Shown here: piece after piece, positions 49,697-59,752 of the stretch
Numbering within the stretch: the first letter of the stretch is position 1
Layout: every line of letters begins with the position of its first letter
Source: a bacterium
GTDB lineage: Bacteria > UBA8248
Assembly (NCBI GenBank): GCA_965261085.1
Contig: OZ253442.1
Span: 1,056,001 to 1,120,000, forward strand
Direction of reading: 5' to 3'
DNA length: 64,000 nt
Notes under the pieces: model-generated
The model's input: only the letters and a program-made list of their open reading frames with translations
Told to the model about the DNA's origin: nothing
Databases searched by the model: none
Made by a program: the position numbers and the translations under genes

Positions 49697-49774
49697 GGCG
49701 AACCGAGGGGCCGGGGAGAGAGGATTCCCGGTCCCATCAACTGTCATCCACATCACACCACAAGGAGAATCACC

Positions 49775-49999
49775 ATGGCATTCGGACTCAACCGCGCGGA
49801 ACTGATCGGACGTCTCGGCGCAGACGTCACCATCAACCACCTCACGAGCGGCGGACGCGTCGCCAACATCTCGATCGCAACCGACGAGGGCTACGTCGAC
49901 AAGCAGACAGGCGACCGGGTCGACAAGACCGAGTGGCACCGGGTCGTGACCTTCCAGCCCGGCCTGGTCGACATGTTCGAGAAACATATTATACCATAA
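49775..49999 (+). pseudogene. ssb: Single-stranded DNA-binding protein, truncated
   Basis: LNRAELIGRLGAD, SIAT, TEWHRVV; breaks after FEKH into AT-rich DNA; VEGKL half missing. Confidence 0.88.
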
Positions 50000-50175
50000 C
50001 GGACAATCGTGCGATTGTCTGCGCATGAAACGACTATATCATATATTTTTCAATAAATTATAATTGATTCCTGTCTTTGATCTAGCGTAATACGTACGTT
50101 TGTGCGCGCCCCGGTTTCTTTTTATGTGTTGACATCAGTGTTGCTAAATTTGATGCACGGTGCTATAGTCCGGGC

Positions 50176-51393
50176 ATGAACGAGAACACCGGAAAACGTA
50201 TTGCCAGGGTCAGGACGACGCTTACAAAACGCACCGTCGAGGCGCTAAAGCCTGATGAAAAGTCCTGGATCGCATGGGACGACAAACTGACGGGTTTCGG
50301 CGTTCGCGTCCAGCCCTCGGGCACGAAGTCGTTCATCGTCAACTACCGCGCAGGCTCAGGCGGCCGCAAGGCGCCCAACAAGCGGGTGGTGATCGGACGC
50401 TACGGCCGCATCGCCCCCGACCGGGCGCGGCGCTTGGCCCAGGACCTGCTCGGACGCGTCGCCCGGGGGGAGGACCCTGCCGGGCAGCGGGCCGATGCCC
50501 GCGGCGTCCCCAACCTGGCCCGTGCCTTCGAGGTCTACATGGCGGCGAATCCGAACCGCGCGGTCAATACCGTCAGGCTCTACGAACAGAACCTGCGGGT
50601 CAACCTCTCAGACTGGCTGAAGCGTCCGCTCGACGCCATCACCCGCCAGGACGTGGAGGACCGCTTCAATCTCATCACCACCAGGCACGGCTGGTCGGCG
50701 GCCAACCAGACGCTCTCGATGCTGCGTTCGATCTATCGCCGGCCCTGCGTCGACTATGAAGGATTGCGCAATCCGGTCGATCTGTGGCTGGCGGCCGGCG
50801 GGCGCTTCCACCAAAAAAGGAGGCGGCGGATATCGAGCCCGGCCGAGGTGTTGCCGCGCTGGCGGGCGGGCATCGAGGCCGTGGACCTCGAACCGGAGGT
50901 TCGCGACATCTTCCTGATCGGTATCTACACCGGCATGCGCCGGGGCGAGATCGTTACGCTGCGCCGGGAGCAAGTGGACATGGAGCGGCGCATCTTCAGG
51001 GTCGAAGAGACCAAGACCGGGGAGCCGCTGGAGCTTCCGATCACCCGGCAGCTCGCCACCATCTTCGAGCGGCGCCTTGCGGATGGCGAGGACCCGTGGG
51101 TGTTTCCCTCTCCCCGGAGCGGGGCCGGACACGTGGCGGACATTGCGCGGTTCTATGGTGAAATCACAGGGAAAGGCGGAACGCGGTTCTGGTTCCACGG
51201 ACTGCGCAACGCCTTCATCACGGTGGCGGAGCGCGAACTCATGCTGCCGCGTTCACTCACGAAGCGGCTGGTGAACCACGCCCGGCCCGGCGACGTAACC
51301 GAGGGCTACGCCGCCGACTGGAGCGTCGAGCAGCTACGCGAACCCGCGCAGCGCATCGCCAACCGCATCGACGAACTGATGAAGGGGACATGA
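50176..51393 (+). CDS. Tyrosine integrase with arm-binding domain (different subtype)
   Basis: WDDKLTGFGVRV; TGMRRGE, ETKTG, HGLRN, LVNH, TEGY. Confidence 0.92.
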   Translation: MNENTGKRIARVRTTLTKRTVEALKPDEKSWIAWDDKLTGFGVRVQPSGTKSFIVNYRAGSGGRKAPNKRVVIGRYGRIAPDRARRLAQDLLGRVARGEDPAGQRADARGVPNLARAFEVYMAANPNRAVNTVRLYEQNLRVNLSDWLKRPLDAITRQDVEDRFNLITTRHGWSAANQTLSMLRSIYRRPCVDYEGLRNPVDLWLAAGGRFHQKRRRRISSPAEVLPRWRAGIEAVDLEPEVRDIFLIGIYTGMRRGEIVTLRREQVDMERRIFRVEETKTGEPLELPITRQLATIFERRLADGEDPWVFPSPRSGAGHVADIARFYGEITGKGGTRFWFHGLRNAFITVAERELMLPRSLTKRLVNHARPGDVTEGYAADWSVEQLREPAQRIANRIDELMKGT

Positions 51394-51789
51394 CGGTGGT
51401 CGAAGGTTCGCGCGCGGCAAAATAGCAATCCGCTACTTCTTCGCATAGCCAGTCGCGGGTCCTATGCGATGTTTTATTCAGCGGCCTCATTGGTATCTGG
51501 CTCGCTGTCGCAACCATGTTTTGTGACCCCGGGAGTTATACCAAATTCCATCTAGTGAACGAAATTTCTAATTTCCTACGAGTTACTCTCAGCTCTTGTG
51601 TATGGGCTGAATTGAAGAAGGCGGCGCATTCCTGCTGAAATGTAGTTTTGACGATATTCATTTCAGAGAAAGAATACGCATCATCATACGGTAAAATACG
51701 AAAATTTGATTTTCGAATCCAGCTTTTAGGGTCAAATTCAGTGAACTTGTACACTAGGGCGCACAACGGCTGATTCAACAAGCCGTGGA

Positions 51790-52665
51790 ATGGCGTCTGA
51801 AGTTAGCGAGGTGGAAATGATGAATACCAGGGGTAGTGTGCTCGGAATTGATGTGGGCTGGTCGAAAAATAAGAGGTCAAGCGCCGTTTGCCGCCTTTTT
51901 TGGGACGCCTGGGAAGTTAAGTGGCAAATCCAGAGGTTCCGTGCGATCGATCTCGACCGTGAGGATACGATTAGGCATGTCGTGGACAATCGCATGCTAC
52001 TTGCAGTCGCTATCGATGGTCCCCTTCGTCCTGAATTTCGTGAGGTAGATCGTTATCGTGGCGCCGAACGGCTTCTCAACCGGGGAGAGCTTCCGAAACG
52101 AGTTGGCCACCCGGGGCCGTCCAGTTCTTCGAACGGGAAGGACCTCAACGCTCAAGCGAATAAGTGCGCCACGTTCTTGAAAAAGCACTGTCGTATTCGT
52201 AAGGCAAAGCACAAGGTTCGGATAGACGAGTATGCAATAGTGGAGGCTTTCCCTACGACCTTTCTTGGAGTAATGCTCGATCATCCTGATTATTTAAAGC
52301 AACCCAAAAGCAAGAAAAAGTCAGATATCTTTTTTGCTGATTTGGTGAGTAACCGAAGTCTTGATCAGTTCCTTAAGAAGTTTCTAGGAAATCGGAAGTG
52401 GTCACAAAATATAGATGAAATCAATAACCACGACGATCGAGCGGCTTTCGTATGCGCGCTCACAGCGCTCTGCGTCTCGGCAGGAAACTTTACGGCGGTT
52501 GGCGACGAGAGGGACGGCTGGATCATCTTGCCGCCGCAATGGGCGTTCGCTGAGTGGGCATGGGAGGCGATTTCTGAGACAGCTAGGCAGACGGCGGAAT
52601 GTCATGAAGACGGAGAGTTAAAGGTGTTTTCAAAAAATCGGCTGAGTTCTATGTCGCACCGATAA
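51790..52665 (+). CDS. DUF429-like predicted nuclease (RNase H fold)
   Basis: LGIDVGWS, VAIDGPL, VEAFP, DDRAAFVCAL, GWIILP. Confidence 0.78.
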   Translation: MASEVSEVEMMNTRGSVLGIDVGWSKNKRSSAVCRLFWDAWEVKWQIQRFRAIDLDREDTIRHVVDNRMLLAVAIDGPLRPEFREVDRYRGAERLLNRGELPKRVGHPGPSSSSNGKDLNAQANKCATFLKKHCRIRKAKHKVRIDEYAIVEAFPTTFLGVMLDHPDYLKQPKSKKKSDIFFADLVSNRSLDQFLKKFLGNRKWSQNIDEINNHDDRAAFVCALTALCVSAGNFTAVGDERDGWIILPPQWAFAEWAWEAISETARQTAECHEDGELKVFSKNRLSSMSHR

Positions 52666-53083
52666 GGTAAGAACTCATAGATGCGTTAATCGTAAGAACT
52701 CATCCCTCTTTCAAAAGTGCAAACTCATGTGACGCTTTCGATTGGCGGTTTTTCCGCTCCTTACCCGGTTTTGTGGCATTGATTTCCCCCCTACCGCAGA
52801 GTTTCTCCTGGAACCAGTTGAACATGTAGGTAGTGCCGACAGGTAGTTGGCAATGCCGGGAGCCGTCCTCTTTCGCGATGAAGAGTTTGAACGTCTTCTG
52901 CTCGGAGCTGATGACGTTACAAAGAAATTGCGCGTCTTCACAGGAAATTTGTTTACAGTTCTTCCCGAGCGTATCACCTCGATACTGGACAGAAACGAAT
53001 GGATATCGGAGTGATGTTACAAAAGCGTGTTCCAAAGAGTGAATACACAACCGAATGTTCCAATGTCTCCCGCGAAAAACTCC

Positions 53084-54016
53084 CTAAAAGGTAGAAACAT
53101 CTCCGCTCCCGAATTTTTTCCTCTGACTAGGGGGAGTCGGAACTTTGAACCGTGCTTCGTTCAACTGCCAATAGACATCGGTTCCTTCGAGTGAAGGGTT
53201 CTTTTTCGCTAAGTCCCACGCTGTTTTACCTTTTTCGTCTTTTGCAGCCGGGTCGGCTCCCGCTTTCAACAACGCCGCTACTATCGCTGGGATGCCATAC
53301 TCTGCCGCCCAGTGCAAGGCGGCACGTCTATTTTTGTCTTGCATATTGGGATTTGCTCCGGCATCCAACAGAGCGATCACGACTTCAGGATTTCCTCCGC
53401 TTACCTCCTTAAATATCCTCTTACGGGCAGCTTTCTTGTAGGCTGCCTCGGCCATCTTGCCCTTCCGTTTGGCCGTTGCTGGCGAGTGGCCATCCTTGAG
53501 AGCCGCTAGTGAGGCTTTTAAGTCGATAGTTCTGGCTCTGAAATAGGCGCCAAGGATTGCACCATATCTGCCTCCTGCCCTTGCCGCTCTGTGTAAGGGT
53601 GTGAATCCGTGCTTGTCTCGCGCGTTCACGTTGGCCCCTGTTTTCAGCAAGGCCCTTACAACCTCAGGGGATTTATAACTCGCTGCATTATGCAAGGGTG
53701 TGTCTCCGCTTTCGTTTCGAGCATTGATCTTGGCCCCGGCCTGCACCAAGGCTGTAACAACTGCGGGCGCTTTGCTGTGTACTGCTGCCCAATGCAGAGG
53801 TGTTCTTCCATATTTATCGCGTGCGTTCACGTTGGCCCCACCCTTTAAGCAGCGTGACACATCTTCCGTATCAGCGATTCTGAAGAAGGTGCTCGTATTC
53901 CATTTCGCGCACGAAACTGCTGCCGACGATGGGGTTATGCTCATCCACGTGGCGAGACAAAAATAAAATCCCACTATGAGTGGCTTGATAAGTAAACGCA
54001 TCTCAATCCCTCTCAT
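53084..54016 (-). CDS. Secreted ankyrin-repeat protein
   Basis: Signal peptide; repeated GANVNARD..G.TPLH.AA. Confidence 0.92.
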   Translation of the reverse strand: MRGIEMRLLIKPLIVGFYFCLATWMSITPSSAAVSCAKWNTSTFFRIADTEDVSRCLKGGANVNARDKYGRTPLHWAAVHSKAPAVVTALVQAGAKINARNESGDTPLHNAASYKSPEVVRALLKTGANVNARDKHGFTPLHRAARAGGRYGAILGAYFRARTIDLKASLAALKDGHSPATAKRKGKMAEAAYKKAARKRIFKEVSGGNPEVVIALLDAGANPNMQDKNRRAALHWAAEYGIPAIVAALLKAGADPAAKDEKGKTAWDLAKKNPSLEGTDVYWQLNEARFKVPTPPSQRKKFGSGDVSTF

Positions 54017-54479
54017 TTCCAGCTTAAAGGTTAAAGTCTGCGCCCTATTGGTATCTTACATCGTAGAGCAGGGTTTCGGCCACTGCTTCGGGAAAGGGCT
54101 GTGCGAGCCTCTACCCGGCGGCGGGTGTGCACGTCCGACAAAGGAGTTGCCCGAAGGAGGAAGACGCAGTCGCATCGCTCCCTTGCATGCATCCCGAAGA
54201 GGCCGAGCCGGGTCGTGAGGGGGCGGATGCCGGGCGTCCGGAAGGGCGCTCCGCTTCTAGCAACCATCCAACACCAGGAGGTTCAGACAATGCGGACACT
54301 AAAAAAGAGGCGCGCACCTTCCTCACTCACACCTTCGGCCGCGGTCTCGCGGATAAGCGTTACGGCGGACGGAACCCTGAGCACCGCCGACGGATAGCGC
54401 GGGACAGGAGCAGTAAGTGCAGGTGCGAACGACGCGAGGCGGGTCTTTGCACACGCTTCGGGGGGCTTCGGTCGCTGCG

Positions 54480-55322
54480 ATGAACGGTGTTGGCATGGTG
54501 ACCCATCGCCAAGCTGCTCGGCCATGCGCTGGTCGGGACCACGGAGCGCTACATCCATCTCTCCGACCGGTCGATTGCCGACGCCGCCGACCGGGTATCG
54601 GGGCGCATCCATGCGGCCCTGGCCGGAAGGGGCGGAGGATGAGGGAGGGCGCGACCATGCCCAGGGTTGACCTTACTGCGCGCCTAGCCCGCGATGCCAA
54701 GCGGCAGGACAGGGACACCATCCTGTTCGACAGGGCACAGCCCGGCTTCGGGGTTCGCATCCACCCGTCGGGCCGGAGGGTCTGGATCGTGCAAGCCCGT
54801 ATCGAGGGACGGAGCCGCCGCATCGTAATCGCCTGGCATGGCGAGATGGAGTTTTCCGAGGCAGGCCGCCGCGCGCGCGACATGCTCGGGCGCATCCGTG
54901 CGGGTGAGAACCCCGCCGACGAAATCGGCAGGGAAAAGGAGACCCCCGACCTTGCAGAAGTTCGCAGACGAGTAACTGCGGCGCTGCGAGCCGCGCTAGA
55001 AGCCATCGGGGCGAAAGACCGTACGCAACTACATCAAGTCCCGAATCCTGCCCGCCTTCGGCAGAATGCCGCTCGACCGAATCGGGTACGCCCTCGACAC
55101 TCACTAAGGCTGTTGGCCCGAGGCCGTCGCCGCCATCCGCTTGCTAGCACTCACCGACTGCCGTTGCAGCGAAGTGCTAAATCTGCGCTGGCGCGATATT
55201 GGCGGCGACGCCCTCAACCTGCCCGACTCGAAAATGGTCCCCGCGCAGTGCCGCTCGGCAAGGCTGCAAAGGCGCATATCGACGCGCTGCCGCGCCCCTG
55301 CGAACCCGATGACATCCTGTGA
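54480..55322 (+). pseudogene. Two tandem degraded tyrosine integrases (3' tail 54480-54642; frameshifted, internally deleted gene 54657-55322)
   Basis: KLLGHALVGTTERYIHL; FDRAQPGFGVRIHPSG; AIRLLALTDCRCSEVLNLRW, spread over different frames. Confidence 0.85.
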
Positions 55323-55555
55323 GCTAGGTTCGTGCCACTACCGAACAGTACCAATTCCCCAGTCTGCCGATTGCGCAAATCATACACACTCGGAACAAAA
55401 TGAGCGCACAAATACCCACATTCCCTCGGGTCGGGAAATGCCGACCAAGGGCTCCACCCGCTCACAGCACTTATGCTCGATCCTTAATTCAACGGCATCT
55501 CCATACCCGCGATACTTGTCGCAATATCATGCGAGCCGGGACAACTATCTTGTCT

Positions 55556-56413
55556 TCACCTGCCTGGTTTGAGGCCTCGTGGAACGAATCCAAAGGCAAG
55601 TTCCTTGTCCGAAAACAACAACCCGGCCAGGTTGCGGTTTCCGCCTCGGTGGGCAACCCAATAGGAGCACGTCTGCACACTCAGACGCCTTGCAAGGTCG
55701 TCCACAAATGCCCAAAACTGACGTTGCGGGTTATTCTGTTGGGTACCCATCCTGTAAACGAAAAAGCATGCAATGCCGGGTTGCCAGCTATCGAAAAACT
55801 TCCTGAGCGTGCATTCCAGTAGGTCCAAATCTGAACGATGCAGCTTGTCATCGTCTTCGCAGCCGTCTTCCGTATAGGTCATCGGGTCCATTGAAAACAG
55901 CCATGGCGCATCGAGACGGTTCGGGCAATCCAACACGCCGTCTGGACGCAGTTGCTCGCGCCATGATGAACAGGCGACAATGATTCCTGAAGCGGACCAA
56001 GCTTCTGCAAGTGCCTTGTGATTTGTTTCGTCCTTTTCCGTGATGCCGTCGGACAACCTGTCCGTTCCAATGACCGCCCGCAACAATTCCGCAGTGTTGG
56101 GATAGCGCTTTTCCTTCTTCATCTCCTCGAACAGATCCGCGATGTTGGGACAATACGCCTGAGACGCCCATAATTTCCGGTATGCTTTCACAAGCTCCTG
56201 TTCATCGCACAGGGATTCGCTGACAGCCTCTTCCAACGCTCCGTAAAGAAGACGGTGGTGATTGTCGTTGGGCTCACCGAGCCGCTCGAACGGTTCCATG
56301 CCATGCGTAAGCGCGACATGGAGACGGCCTTCAGGTTCGGTTTGGACGAGACGCACTACAGCCTCGATTTCAATGCAATGCTGCAAGTAGTTTCCATCGT
56401 TTCCTCGTGCCAA
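55556..56413 (-). CDS. Hypothetical cargo protein (285 aa)
   Basis: Long ORF with ordinary globular composition; no motif recognised. Confidence 0.65.
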   Translation of the reverse strand: MARGNDGNYLQHCIEIEAVVRLVQTEPEGRLHVALTHGMEPFERLGEPNDNHHRLLYGALEEAVSESLCDEQELVKAYRKLWASQAYCPNIADLFEEMKKEKRYPNTAELLRAVIGTDRLSDGITEKDETNHKALAEAWSASGIIVACSSWREQLRPDGVLDCPNRLDAPWLFSMDPMTYTEDGCEDDDKLHRSDLDLLECTLRKFFDSWQPGIACFFVYRMGTQQNNPQRQFWAFVDDLARRLSVQTCSYWVAHRGGNRNLAGLLFSDKELAFGFVPRGLKPGR

Positions 56414-56450
56414 GAGAATTGCCTCATTAGGACCTTATAGAATCGAAATG

Positions 56451-56744
56451 TTAGTAATATCTTAGCTTTCGTTCAATCGTTTCCGCCACCCGATAGGCTG
56501 CATCGCTGAGCGTCGCGTCGTTGAGATGTACGGAGCGGTTAGTCGTGCAGGCCCGGCGGTGTCCAAGCAAGCGGCCCGCGACATGCAGGCTTTCACCGTT
56601 CATGACTGCTTGCGAGGCGTGCGAGTGGGGCAAATCATGCAACCGCGCATACGCCACAATCACGGATGCGCGGCGTGTCTTGGTCCAGAAATAGTAGAGT
56701 TTGATCTTGGTTAACGGTTCGTCCCCGCGCTTGCCAGGAAACAC
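56451..56744 (-). pseudogene. Tyrosine integrase C-terminal fragment
   Basis: RLHDLPHSHAS, GRLLGH; catalytic Arg and Tyr substituted. Confidence 0.85.
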
Positions 56745-56813
56745 CCACTACCAGGAAGCCGAATCGGCAAGGCTGTCCATCAGTTCCCGCGCCGCCTCGT
56801 CGATCTCGACGGT

Positions 56814-57340
56814 GTGCGCCTCCACGACTGCCGCCACATGTTCGCAAGCCACGCCGTGATGAGCGGCCTCGAACTCTACACAGTCGGTCGCCTGCTCGGC
56901 CACGCCGATACCGGCTCCACGGAGTGCTACGCTCATTTCGCCGACGAATACGTACGCGAGCCAGCGGGATGCATCTCAGGTATAGTACAATACGCGATTA
57001 CCGGAAGAGGGAAGAAGGCGGAGAATGGCGCATAGACGCAAGAAAAAGCGGCTCACGCACAAGACTATCGCCGCAGCGAAGCCGCGAGAGAGAGAATACA
57101 CGCTGTGGGATGGCGCGCTCGCGAACTTCGGAGTCAGTGTACATTCCTCGGGTGTGAAGTCCTTCATCGTCCAGGCCCGTGTCCGGAGCCGGATGCGAAA
57201 GTTCACCCTGCGCCGATACCCGGAAGTCAGCGTAGGAAAGACTAGAAGGGAGGCTGCAGCCCTCCTCTCGCGTCTTTGGAGAGGCGAGGCGATGGAATCC
57301 ACACGCATGACGCGGGTGTCGCTGTTCCGCGAATTCCCGG
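56814..57340 (+). pseudogene. Integrase C-terminal fragment followed by the N-terminal fragment of a second integrase
   Basis: RLHDCRHMFAS...LLGH...Y; then WDGALANFGVSVHSSGVKSFIVQ from 57025. Confidence 0.85.
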
Positions 57341-57589
57341 TCCGTTCTATGAAGAGCAGCGAAACCACATTGCTCAATGATCAATTCGTTATTCGTTGTT
57401 CAATGCCCTTCCGCCCGCTTAGAGGCGTTAGTCTATTTCCAACGGCTATGAAATTTTTGTAGTTTATTGAAACTATTGCAGATATTTGTTTTTTCGAATT
57501 TTGCTCGGGATTTGCTATTTGCAATATGTAATCGGTGATTATCCCATTGACAAAGTAAGGCGCAAGATGTATATTTGAAGCATGGACAT

Positions 57590-57745
57590 TCACACTTTAC
57601 CTTTAACGGGCTTCGTAACACTCGCAACCACCTTATCAGCTTCTTCCATTGCACGTTTCCCGAAAATCCTTTCCATGATATCGCGGTCGTTCATTTCCAC
57701 GACTTCCTTGGGAAGCTTCTCTCTAGTTGGGGGCTTTTGAGCCAT
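57590..57745 (-). CDS. 51-aa ORF divergent from the transposase
   Basis: MAQKPPTREKLPKEVVEMNDRDIMERIFGK; GAGGT RBS; ATG overlaps the transposase ATG. Confidence 0.5.
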   Translation of the reverse strand: MAQKPPTREKLPKEVVEMNDRDIMERIFGKRAMEEADKVVASVTKPVKGKV

Positions 57746-58631
57746 GATGAACCTCATGCAGTTGATTGACGAGTTCGACTCCGAAGACGATTGCAGGGAT
57801 TTCCTTGAGTATATTCGCTGGCCTGCGGGCGTGTGTTGCACGCGCTGCGGAGATATGAACGTCCTCGAACTCCCGAAGCATCACCGCTGGGAGTGCAGGT
57901 CGTGCAAGTATCAGTTCAGCGTCAAGTCGGGAACCATCATGCACGACTCTCATCTTCCCCTCCGCAAGTGGTTCATGGCGATTTACCTTATGTGTGAATC
58001 TCGCAAGGGAATCTCCGCAAACCAGATGAAGCGAACTTTAGGATCAGGATATCAAACTGCGTGGTATCTTTGCCACCGCATTCGTGAAGCAATGGGAAAC
58101 GACCCTCTTGAGGGGCCGACCCTGGTGGGCGTGGTGGAGGTCGATGAGACCCTGATAGGCGGTCGCACACAGGGTAAGGGGCACGCATACAAGGGAAACA
58201 AGACGTGGGTTGCGGGCGCCATCCAGCGCGGGGGCGCACTCCGTATCAAGCGCATCCCGAATACGAAGAGCGACACGCTCCACGGCTTCATCGAGCGCAA
58301 CGTGAAGGACGAAGCCGAGGCAATCTATACGGACGAGTGGAAGGCATATCTGGGTATAGCGGATGAGAACACCCGCCATGAGACCGTGAACCACTCCGAA
58401 GAGGAATGGGTGGTAGGCGACGTCCACACGAACGGAATCGAGGGCGTCTGGTCGCTCTTCAAGCGGTCGATTATCGGTTCGTTCCACAAGATGAGCGCAA
58501 AGCATATGGATCGCTATCTCCGTGAGCTTGAGTTCAGGTTCAACAACCGCAACAACCCGCATATCTTCCGCGATACGGTGAAGCGGATCATGAACACAGG
58601 GCGCGTCGAATACAAGGAAATGGTGGCGTGA
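57744..58631 (+). CDS. IS1595-family transposase
   Basis: Zn ribbon CTRC/CRSC, GISA HTH, VEVDET, YTDE, HTNGIEGVWS. Confidence 0.93.
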   Translation: MMNLMQLIDEFDSEDDCRDFLEYIRWPAGVCCTRCGDMNVLELPKHHRWECRSCKYQFSVKSGTIMHDSHLPLRKWFMAIYLMCESRKGISANQMKRTLGSGYQTAWYLCHRIREAMGNDPLEGPTLVGVVEVDETLIGGRTQGKGHAYKGNKTWVAGAIQRGGALRIKRIPNTKSDTLHGFIERNVKDEAEAIYTDEWKAYLGIADENTRHETVNHSEEEWVVGDVHTNGIEGVWSLFKRSIIGSFHKMSAKHMDRYLRELEFRFNNRNNPHIFRDTVKRIMNTGRVEYKEMVA

Positions 58632-58637
58632 ACGACG

Positions 58638-59177
58638 TCAAAACGATTCCACCTTACCTCGCCAAGGTGATTTCCTTGGTTTCTCAAACTGCTTCAGAAA
58701 TTCTTTCGAGAGACCTTTGAGTTTGGCTGAATTCTCTTCCAACAATTTTTTCAGTTCAGTCGAATCAGCCCGGTCAAGTTGCGCCTTTCGTTTCTTGATT
58801 TCCTGAGGAGTGGTGATTTCACTGAGGACTGATATCTCATCCGCGCATCCTCTCCTGAAGCACCATGACATGAGACGAGGTTTGTTTTTGATGCACTTTA
58901 TCCTGTTTCTTTCACTGAGCCCAGGAATGGAATTGCAAGGACGAAAATCTCTCGGGAGCAATGAAGTGCCAAATCGTCTATTGAAGCACTCTGCGAAATT
59001 GCGGAAATCCTTGAGCGGCTTCTTTTCCCATCTACTTGTTCCTTTTGAATCTGGGGGCGTCATGTATTTTGCTTCCGGGTGAAGTTCAGCGCAATACTTG
59101 GATTCTGACTTAACTGATTCAGGAACGAACACGCAAAACAAGACCACAATAATCCCTATCGACATTGATGCCTTCAT
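58638..59177 (-). CDS. Passenger: secreted Cys-containing hypothetical protein
   Basis: Signal peptide, several Cys, AAGGGG RBS. Confidence 0.6.
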   Translation of the reverse strand: MKASMSIGIIVVLFCVFVPESVKSESKYCAELHPEAKYMTPPDSKGTSRWEKKPLKDFRNFAECFNRRFGTSLLPRDFRPCNSIPGLSERNRIKCIKNKPRLMSWCFRRGCADEISVLSEITTPQEIKKRKAQLDRADSTELKKLLEENSAKLKGLSKEFLKQFEKPRKSPWRGKVESF

Positions 59178-59204
59178 CGCCTTTCCCCTTATGTTCCAAC
59201 AACC

Positions 59205-59672
59205 CTATTGTTTGAACGCTTGCCTCAATCTGTCGAAAATATACTTGTTTTTTTCGAATCTGCATTGAGATTCAAGGTATTCTTTGCTGTCTTGAAACAA
59301 TTTCTTTCCAAATCTTTTATCGCCGTCAATATCTTCGGCAAGTATGCAAAATATATTGATATAGCGTTTCATTCGCCCGAGCGAATTGTTGATAGGCTCT
59401 GGATCGCCTTGAGGCGACACAAATTGAATATCTGGGACCGGTAATTCAAGAGACTCGATTGAGCGATAAATTCTTTCTCCCTGCTGCACTAAGGGGAGAG
59501 CCTCGCCGTTAGTGCCGCCCGAAACCATATTGGCTTTGTTGAGCCAAAGTTGCGCTCTCCTCGACACCGATAAGGCACGAATCCAGACTGGAAGGAAATT
59601 GACACTTACAACCCAATTTAGCATTGCGTGTCGCACCAACCATTCAATAATATGCCCGGCGATGAATTCCAT
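59205..59672 (-). CDS. Passenger: hypothetical protein
   Basis: ORF starts just inside the right TIR. Confidence 0.55.
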   Translation of the reverse strand: MEFIAGHIIEWLVRHAMLNWVVSVNFLPVWIRALSVSRRAQLWLNKANMVSGGTNGEALPLVQQGERIYRSIESLELPVPDIQFVSPQGDPEPINNSLGRMKRYINIFCILAEDIDGDKRFGKKLFQDSKEYLESQCRFEKNKYIFDRLRQAFKQ

Positions 59673-59752
59673 GAGCAAACACTATATATTGCGCTATACT
59701 TTGTCAACGGGATAATCACCATTCATTTTACCTGCCGGAAAATGAGCCGTTT

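Larger units (their letters stand above)
35943..49999 (+). mobile_element. Integrative element backbone (integrase pair, ParB, GHKL ATPase, DUF2958, strawberry notch, ssb); att sites not located
   Basis: Gene content and order typical of proteobacterial ICE/plasmid leading regions; high GC. Confidence 0.8.
57534..59720 (+). mobile_element. IS1595-family element with passenger genes
   Basis: TIRs GGTGATTATCCC(A/G)TTGACAAAGTA at both ends; no TSD recognised. Confidence 0.88.

Noticed and set aside
57526-59728. 8-bp TSD around IS1595
   Set aside because: Flanks ATGTAATC and ATTCATTT do not match
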